From Macrostomum lignano (Eukaryota), in the NCBI GenBank assembly GCA_002269645.1, contig NIVC01000829.1:62001-126000 (forward strand): a stretch of DNA of 64,000 bases, in the 5' to 3' direction. Below the pieces are notes generated by a model. It saw nothing but the letters and a program-made list of their open reading frames with translations, did no database searches and was not told the origin of the DNA. Both the position numbers and the translations under genes were made by a program. Below are positions 55,899-64,000 of the stretch, piece by piece (the first letter of the stretch is position 1; each line of letters begins with the position of its first letter).

Positions 55899-56837
55899 AT
55901 GAATCCCGAAGAACTCAAACGTCTACAAGACGAATTATCCCTAAGCGATAGCGATGATAGTGAGTTCAATGATGAGAATGAACTGCCAGCGCCAATGAGG
56001 CAAGCCACTAGGCCCAACCTACCGTGTCACAAGCCAAAATTAGCTTCAGTCGTCACTAAGCCGCCCCCTGCAGCTACGCCCAAGAAGCGCGCCCAGCTTT
56101 TGCAAAAGCAAGCTGACGCCCCAGTTCCCCTCGACCCTGAGGCCGTGCAACGTCAGCCCCCAGGTAGCAATCGATCAAAAGTGATTTCCCTGAAGGAGGC
56201 GCCGCACATAGTGAAGTCCGGTCGCCTTGGCCCACGAACTGGCTCGCCGTCACCTACTAGCGACTCCCGAGCCGCCGCCGTTTCCTCGACTGCCGACCCC
56301 AGAGAACGCTCTCGTTCGCCGATCGTAAAGCCGCCTGAAGATTACAGTATGCGGTCGCAGCATCAGCCACGGCACAGATCTTTGACCGACCCGATTGTCA
56401 AGAGCGAATCGTTTAAGGCTGAGATTCCGCCTCTGATGGCCGAACCAGCTCAGCGAGCCCAGCCTCAGCCGCCCCAGAACCTCGGCGAGTATTACAGTAA
56501 TGTAGTGGCCAATTTGCCCGACTACCAACGAGCCGAATTCCGTCATCACGTCACCACGCTGAAACTGTATCTAATTCGGGTAGCTCATTTTCGACCTGAC
56601 GGGCGCGATTTCCCTCAGCGCGAGGACGTTCGGCCCGCTCTGCGCATGTTGCGCCAAATGCCGCTGAATCAGGCCCTCGCTGCCTGGCGACGCGCCACTG
56701 TATACGCGTTGAGCGATTTAAATCGAGAACGTCGTGAGTACAACACTGAGAACGTCGTCAAAGAAGTTCAGTGGCTCGGTTACAAGTGCCGATGGCCACA
56801 CCCGGACCGGCTACCTGAAGAATTTCGCTTCATTTGA
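55899..56837 (+). CDS. Additional sense ORF3 of the LTR element, function unknown, not env-like
   Basis: Intact 312-aa ORF from ATG 55899, between the pol stop and the 3' LTR. Disordered S/P-rich N-terminus and a helical-looking C-terminal domain; no signal peptide or TM segment. Confidence 0.75.
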   Translation: MNPEELKRLQDELSLSDSDDSEFNDENELPAPMRQATRPNLPCHKPKLASVVTKPPPAATPKKRAQLLQKQADAPVPLDPEAVQRQPPGSNRSKVISLKEAPHIVKSGRLGPRTGSPSPTSDSRAAAVSSTADPRERSRSPIVKPPEDYSMRSQHQPRHRSLTDPIVKSESFKAEIPPLMAEPAQRAQPQPPQNLGEYYSNVVANLPDYQRAEFRHHVTTLKLYLIRVAHFRPDGRDFPQREDVRPALRMLRQMPLNQALAAWRRATVYALSDLNRERREYNTENVVKEVQWLGYKCRWPHPDRLPEEFRFI

Positions 56838-56980
56838 GTGAACTGAAATGCGTATATAACTGAACAGTCAAATTCGTATTTTTTTGCAATAATGTAGTTT
56901 TTTTCTTTTTCTTTTCCTAATCGTATAAATTTTTGCACTCATTAAAATTCATTTTAAAAATTTATTTCAGGAAGGCCAAT

Positions 56981-58018
56981 TGTGGCGGGTGCTTAATAAT
57001 AACTGTATTCACGTTGCCTTCTTTACGCACAAATTTTGTTCCTGATAAAAACTTGACATCCATAAACGTAAAAATATTATTTTCTTAGTCATAGATATTC
57101 ACATACCATTAATAATAGTAAATATGTTACTTAGTGGAATTTTTGTTTAAACATGTCCGCCATTTTTGCTGAAAAACATATAAATACAAGCGAAATAATT
57201 GACAGGAGACCATCTTCGGCCTCGTCTAGCACTCTCTGTTAGCTAGCAAAGGTTTTAATTGAGCATTGCCTGACTCACTGTTCTTTATTTAGGCGCTCAG
57301 CCCTCTCCCAAGGCCTGCTCAGCCGAAGCATACAGCCTCTCCCCCCCCCCTCCCCAAGAAGGACCTGTTCAGCTATAAGCGTACAGCCTTTTCCCCCTTT
57401 CAACCCCGCAAACACGCGCAGTAATTACCTCACCCCCCCTTCCCCAGTGAACAAGAGTTTCGTCCCTCTCTCTTCCCCTAACCCCAAACCCCAGAATTTG
57501 ACCTGAAGTTCCGCCAACTCCCTATCCAGACCTACTGTTGCCCAGTTATTTGGTCGAACTCTAACTTCCGACTGACCCGGTATTCCGTTCCCCTACTTGG
57601 AAGTTTAACTATTAGAAATCTTAGCCCTCCCCTTTTCTCTTAACAATTTCATTGAGCAGACTCTTCCCTATGAAGACATTCCCTATTAATTATTAGAAAA
57701 TCCCACTGTGCGATAATCCACCAGGCAACTCTGATCCGCCGCGTAGCCCTCCCTCGGACAACTTTAATATATAGACAGTGTCTTGCCGCTCGGACACTCA
57801 CGCCACCAGGAGCAACCATTGGCTTACTCCTATTAGTAATAAAACTAGCATATCTTTCAGAAATCCCAAGAATTCCATAACTTCCCCTCCCCCAAGACCC
57901 CTGTAACAGATCTTGGTAGCAACGTTGTGATTAAACCACAGGCGAAAGTTTACCCTGTAACAGAATTTGGTTGCAGCAGTGATAGGATTAGACAGAGAAG
58001 CCAAGAAGCCCTACAACA
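56981..58018 (+). repeat. 3' LTR
   Basis: Copy of 48639-49676, preceded only by a short purine run (AGGAAGG). Confidence 0.97.
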
Positions 58019-58327
58019 ATATTTTGTGCCTTTGATATTCTATTGGTATAGCTCCATTAATATTCATATAGCTTTTCATCCAGAAAATGAGGATTCTATG
58101 TTTATTTTTTATTCTATGTACAACTGTACATTCGTACATGCCATGTGCTTAAATACATTAAAATGGCACGGCTCGGCTCGGCTCGGTTTTATGAATCTAT
58201 TTTATTAGCTATTCTTATCTGACTGTGTGACAGTATGTGTAACAGAGATGATAATAGATTCCTAATGTACATAGGATAAAAAAATATAAAAAAAACCTCT
58301 CAAAGCAAAATATTTTCAGGAACATAC

Positions 58328-58794
58328 GCTTTCGTTGAACACTGAAGGAAAATTTGAACCCTTTTCTTCTGCCCGATCGGTCAGTTGCGAACTCGAGAGT
58401 GACACTGTGTGGAAAGTTTAGAACTGGCAGACTGCTAAGTTGTCCCGATAATGACAAAAGTGTGGCCGCATTAGTTTGCTGGAAATCACCGTAACTAATC
58501 TTTAAAACATCTTTGTCTTCTTCTGTATCAAACTCCGAAAAATGAATTCTGACGAAATATCCATATTGGCAATAAATGCTTTTAGCCACTTTGAAGTTGT
58601 TGGGATACTGGACTCCCCCACCGAAATTCGGATGGCTAGTCCTCCATCCGCTACTCTGTTTGATTAGCTCGGTCGAGGCTGAATTTTTTTTGCAAAAGAT
58701 CTGGCTGTTTAGAAGTTTAACTTGTCTTTGAAGAAAAAATTAGCACCGAACAGCATCAACCAGTGCACGGGTTACTACGAGTTCGTACGAGACC

Positions 58795-58863
<69 letters not shown>

Positions 58864-58879
58864 ATACTACTACTACTAG

Positions 58880-58917
<38 letters not shown>

Positions 58918-58984
58918 GTACTACTACTACTACTACTAGTACTACTACTACTAATACTACTACTACTAATACTACTACTACTAG

Positions 58985-59022
<38 letters not shown>

Positions 59023-59395
59023 ATACTCTCACCGGATATGGAGCTGATATATGACCTTCTAGAGTAATGTAACTTGATTCCGGAATAGGTGTACGATCCA
59101 TCGCTGGTAAAGTGAGCGAAGACAGGCCCTGTCAGAAAGTACTCTGAGTACAGAACATCTGAACCTGATCCTGACAAACGAAATGATTCCCGGTTTGAGT
59201 AAAAAAAATGCGTCGACCTCTCGTATATCGAAACTTTGTCATGATACGACTGAGTGCTAAACCTGCTGAATGTAATACTAACTACGCCTTGAACTTGAAT
59301 AATCCATTTAACATTTTCGTAGTTCGAATACGTGCTCCACCAAGCCGGGCATTCCATTGAGCCATAGGATGAATACTCGTGCTCGTCTGAACAGC
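58328..59395 (-). CDS. CUB-domain membrane protein, 5' part (two CUB exons)
   Basis: Phase 1-1 exons 59033-59395 and 58328-58678. CUB motifs: YSNYENVKWII..VSITFSRFSTQSYHDKVSIY...FTSDGSYTYSGIKLHY and HPNF..YPNN...IHFSEFDTEEDKDVL...FATDRSGRRKGF. The signal-peptide exon was not located. Confidence 0.82.
58797..59022. repeat. (ACT)n microsatellite between the CUB exons
   Basis: Seen directly. Confidence 0.95.
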
Positions 59396-60478
59396 CTGTA
59401 AGAATAAGAGTACGAGTATTTGTCAAAATAAGCAGAAGACGACGTAGTTTGATTTAAATGGCCCGTTTATGCTGGCGTCGCTAATCTGAGTTTTTTTACA
59501 TACCGGCTATTTGATCTAGGTAGCTGACCATTAGAAGAAACGAAATGATGGTTGCTTTTTTCAATCCAGTTCTAAAGCACATTGCTTCTATTGGGACAGA
59601 CTGTTGCACACGTATTATATTTCTGCTTTGTTCCAATTTTCCTACCTTTGCACCACAGTGAAATATGCAGATTTGTATGTCTCCAGCATTTATCAAGGAG
59701 CTGGGACGGAAGTCTGTCCGAATTTTCATGCTTATCGATTTCCTATATTTATGAATTTCTACTGCATGTATGCCTCGCAGCTATAGGAAACTCTCAATAT
59801 TACTAGGTAACTAAATTAAAGAGCGACAATTTAAAAGTTACCCAGGAAATAAATATTCATAAAGTGTCTATTTGTATTCTGAATAAATATAGTAACAGAA
59901 TGGCGCTTTGTTTAATAGGAAAGCCGTCAGATTGTGAGTGAATAACGCTCATTAAGGTGAGTTTGGTACATCTGCTCTGCAGCGCACTGCAGGCTATTGT
60001 ATATACGTTTTGACCTTAAATATAATGTACTCGAAAATTTCTTTGTAAATTAGACTATTATTCTCTAGAAAAATTAAACAGTAAATTATGAGAGGAATTG
60101 TGAGAGATTATGACAGTTGTTATACGGAAATGCGTAATAAGATTACTGAAAAACAGTTGTTTAATTAATTACATAGCTAATACACCGGGCATGAACAGTG
60201 AATTACAATGAGCGCATCATTTTTTTTAGATTCTTGATATGAAAAACTCGCCTGAGAATATACTGTAGGAAGGCCTATATAACTTATAGGGAAGTTTTCC
60301 TAAATATTGGTTAATTTGGTATTTATAATTAATCTCCTCTCCTCCTGCATCAGCGAGCAGGCAGTTGACGAAAAGCCAAGTAGCCTCGTCGCTAGAACTG
60401 TGCTCGTAACTGCAGCAACAGCATCAGCCCCTACTGCACCGCCTGTAGGCAGTAGGACTGAAAGATCTCTTTTTCTAT

Positions 60479-61356
60479 TGTAATATTACGTACATATCAA
60501 ATACGTGTACTTGTTATTGATGGGTTTCGACCTTTGGGCCCCCTTGTGGGGAAGCCTTCGGGCCTCAGGTCTCAGAAATAAATCAATTAGAGTCCTGGCC
60601 CCCACTAATGTCAGATGGTCAGCCCCATGGTAGCTTGATCGTGTGGCGAGCAGTCTAGGTCCTATAGCTAAGAGAGGGACAGCGAGAGACAAGCAGGGAG
60701 AATTTTGAAGGTAGAAATTAGCGCTAATCCGTAGATTAACTAACCCGCTGCCACCAGCCCGTGCGCCCTGGCTCACCACACCGGGACTCTCGAAATCGGG
60801 CTTCCGACTAGAAGGAGCCTTGTACTTACCTGCCAACTAGTGTCTTTTTGCTGTCAATCTCGAAGTCATAGCCGATGATAAGGGACACTGCTGGGACTTG
60901 GTCGCATTGGCCATGCAGGTACAGAGGGGACTTGTGTAGGGGATTCTTGCAGTGGCGAGACTATGGGGTAGCTACATGTACTATTACATTGCTAAATACG
61001 AAGATATGTACTTTTGGCCTTCAACGCGCCAACCAGCCTCTCCTAGCGCTGATGATAGGCTAACTCGAACATCGGAGACCGCATGGTTCATTACCCGAGC
61101 CGCTTGGCTAACCTAGAGTGCACAGAGTACATCTCTGGCGCCGATTCTGCACTATTGGCAATTTCGCTAACTGATTTGATAGATTGATCGACTGAGAACT
61201 GCCTTGCCATTGGTCCACTGTGACCGGCGCCTACTAGCTTAGCTACTCATCTGAGCCATCGGCGAACAAAGAAATAAAACCGATAAAAATAACTGTCATA
61301 TTTAACCTTCTCCTTAGATCACTTCACACTTCAGATTGAATTGGAGTTTCAGACTA
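60479..61356 (+). mobile_element. Candidate solo LTR nested in the remnant of a second LTR element
   Basis: Starts TGTAAT, has AATAAA near 61275, and is flanked by CTAT on both sides (60475-60478 and 61357-61360). It ends in TA rather than CA. Confidence 0.4.
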
Positions 61357-61416
61357 CTATTAGTAAGTGATTTTGAAGTGTTTGTTGTCTTGCCTGTTGT
61401 TGTCTAGAGGCGTTCC

Positions 61417-62915
61417 ATCCCACCGCTGCCACCAGTGAAGTACAGGCTTCTGCGATGTCGACTGGAGAGGGCCTGGAAGGTCTCCTGGCGCAGGGCGGTG
61501 ACCTCTAGCTGCCGGTTTCTTAGAAACTAGTTCTCGTAGCGTAGGTAGTGCTGCCACCAGCTTCGCAGAGTCGCAGCCTTCGGTGAGGTGCTGAGTTCGT
61601 AGAAGCAAATAACTAAGACGAGAGAAAGAGACTCGCACTTCGTGCAGATTTAGCAGTTCTCGCGCAGAGGTGCCCACCGTCAGTAGTCCCTGCCGGGCTG
61701 GTGCGGGGTGAGAGCGAAAGGGCACAGAAAGGCTTGTCTGAGCCAAGCCATGAGAGGGGCTGCATTTATAGGGAGGATCGATTGCACCATAGCACGAAAG
61801 ACCCCCACTGAGAGTCATAACTGACTCTGTTGCTATTTTTAGCAACAAACAAGCGGGCCCTGCCTCAGAGGAGGCAAGGGGGTCCGGGCGCACGTGATCT
61901 CCCCATAAACACGAGCCCAGCGTACAATGATGAAATCATTGCACTTCGGACTAAAGAAGGAAGAAGGCCTTGTCATGTGACTGGCTCACATGACAAGGGG
62001 AAAAGGCCCACAAGTGAAGGCACTCGTGACCGTGGGACCGGAAAAACAGGACAGCACTCCAAATTTGGAGATGCCAAACAAGGAATGAAACAGAGGCAGG
62101 CCAGACCAAGCTGTCTGGGCACAGCGAAACAAGAACACGAGGCAAACGGGGGCAAACGAGGACAAACAAACAGACAGGCAAACGGGCGAGGGACAGGCCA
62201 GAGGACAGGCGGGAGGGACAGGCAACTGCCCAGCGGCAGACAGAAGCCCGGGGCGAGGGGCGAGGGCAACAGCTGACTAGTGCAGCGCCTAACTAAACTA
62301 GCGACTCACTATAATTTCTACCTCAGTAACAGCACTACTGAACAAAATGAGCAAAAGTGTGCGCCTAATCCAGCTACTGAAACAGGGGACAGATAAGGGA
62401 TCACCCAATCAAGCAAGTCTATGTAGCCTCTCACCCAACCAATCAGAAACTCAACAGCCGGAGACCAGGTAATCCACAGTGACCGAATCGGCTTAGTGCT
62501 TCGCACTGTAGACCCGGGATGATGCTGATGTTTCAACCTTCGCAGATAGCTAGCAGGTGATGCTCTTATCTTTGACTTTCACTGCTGATGACCGGGGGAA
62601 TTCGTACTTGATGATGACGGGGAAAGTCGCAATCCGGAGATCAAGAAACGACGGTCAGGCCAGAGAGAGAGAGAGCGAGTTCCTGGCCGGTGGAGCCAAG
62701 TGTCACCCAGTTGCAGTTCGAGCGGGCCAAAAACACCGGTTTAAATAGCCGCCAACTGGACCGCAGTTTGTTATAATGGAACACGTCGATTCTGATTGGC
62801 TGAGCCGATTTGTTATAACGCACGTCGAATTTTCTGATTGGCTGAGCTTGTTGCTACCCAAAGTTACGTGACCGGGAGATCCTATCAGTTCCCTCAAAGC
62901 CATAAAAACATAACA
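61417..62915 (-). mobile_element. Second LTR element remnant: 5' LTR (~61436-62915) plus tRNA-Leu PBS; internal region truncated
   Basis: Minus strand reads TGTTATG...CTTCA, a 1-nt spacer, then TGGTGGCAGCGGTGGGAT (61434-61417). No gag/pol and no second LTR found. The distal LTR boundary is inferred. Confidence 0.6.
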
Positions 62916-63648
62916 GGTGCGGCCATAAATCACTCAAAATAGCTACATAATGATTTATGACTTTTCGCGTAGGAATGACAAAAATTAATGAAAGAATATA
63001 CATTAGAAGGCTCTTATTAAGTAGAAAGTGATGACAATGAAATGAAATTGCTAATTGCTAATCCTAAAGTACTTTTAGAGGTAAAACGCATAGCTGTCAA
63101 AGCTGTCACACGCTTGAGTGAATCCTAACAATAAGCCCTGACCTCATAAATCTGATGGCCTGTCAAAAATGATGAAAAAAAGTTATCATGCGCATCCCCT
63201 CAGACCATCCGGCGCCAGCCTCAGCACTGAGTGAGGCGCAGGTGGCTGTCAGACCAGCTTCACAAGCGATGATTTATGACCCAAAAAGCCGCGCCTATGT
63301 TATTATGTCTGCTAGTATGGCAAAATCATATATCTAGTATGAATTCTATGATAATTCGCATAAACAGGAGAAAAAATGCCCATAGCCTGCTGTTAGTAGG
63401 CTAGTTAGTTTGGAACCCATGTGCGAGCGTGGAATTCGGGAAAAAGTGCATCGTCATCAATATTTTTGTTGAGTTTTGCTAATTTAACATACATTCTGAT
63501 CTTCTAAAAGATGATAAATCCCAAAATACCAAACACACGCAAATTTTTGACCTTAATAGAATTACGTAATTCGGCTTTGATTATTACTACACTGTGACGA
63601 TTTTGCTAAGTTGATAAGTTTTGTAGCAGTCTATTATTATTTATTAGA

Positions 63649-63872
63649 CCCCCGTAAATCTAGCCGCATGCCATCCTCATAAAAAATTTAAATATTTGCG
63701 ACAGCTAAAAACCAGGGTATTTTGCAAAGACTTAGACACTTTATTTATGCAACAGAAGGTTCAAAGCATTACAAGCACTTGGCTTGTCTGTGGGGGGGCG
63801 TTAAAAATTCGTTACGTGCGGATTAGCATTTAAATTTTTATTGACGATGGCATGCGGCTAGATTTACGGGAG
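63649..63872. mobile_element. MITE with ~45-bp TIRs (Tc1/mariner-like CTCCCG...CGGGAG-TA end)
   Basis: cccccgtaaatctagccgcatgccatcctcataaaaaatttaaat pairs with the reverse complement of ~63828-63872. TA follows the right end; the left flank is GA. Confidence 0.7.
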
Positions 63873-64000
63873 TAGTATTAGGTAGTATAGACAGTAAGCT
63901 TAGTCGAATTACTGGAAGCGGTAGAAATACTGTCGAAAACAACTGCGAATTATTTAATATATTTACATGTATCTACTGTATCAGAGCCAGCACAAAGCCG

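Larger units (their letters stand above)
48639..58018 (+). mobile_element. Full-length Ty3/gypsy LTR retrotransposon with an extra ORF
   Basis: TG...CA LTRs of 1038 bp, TSD ATAT (48635-48638 and 58019-58022), tRNA-Leu PBS, and domain order gag-PR-RT-RH-IN. Confidence 0.97.

Noticed and set aside
55827-56837. env gene
   Set aside because: No signal peptide, hydrophobic TM segment or envelope-like Cys pattern.
58722-59101. Mucin-like Ser/Thr stalk in the CUB protein
   Set aside because: A strong GTGAGA donor at 59032 and a phase-matched acceptor at 58679 place the (ACT)n tract in an intron.
61417-61434. tRNA-Leu gene
   Set aside because: Only the 3' 18 nt match, directly beside a CA LTR end; this is a PBS, as at 49680.

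Overview
This is eukaryotic (invertebrate metazoan) genomic DNA. It has GT-AG introns, long single-exon genes and introns filled with minisatellites. That style resembles a free-living flatworm such as Macrostomum, but this is inference only. Left to right: (1) three tandem intronless paralogues with a Zn-finger-like start, coiled coil and beta-propeller (RING-less TRIM-NHL-like), with an RTE LINE remnant upstream of the third; (2) a ~1.2 kb internally deleted piggyBac that keeps an intact ORF joining the acidic N-terminus to the cysteine-rich domain; (3) a 6-exon hillarin/KY-like transglutaminase-fold gene with a degenerate catalytic triad, an RS tract and a dynein-MTBD-like C-terminus; (4) a 1444-codon orphan ORF; (5) TIPIN; (6) a 7-exon SLC30A5/ZnT5; (7) a type I membrane protein gene with 2 CUB domains and an unrecognised (A-B)x2 ectodomain; (8) inside one of its introns, a very young full-length Ty3/gypsy element (1038 bp LTRs, ATAT TSD, tRNA-Leu PBS, GGGAAAC slippery site) that carries an extra non-env ORF; (9) a second tRNA-Leu-primed LTR remnant with a probable nested solo LTR, plus several MITEs and a CORE-like SINE. 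All exon models, alignments and family calls were made by eye and from memory; no searches were run.
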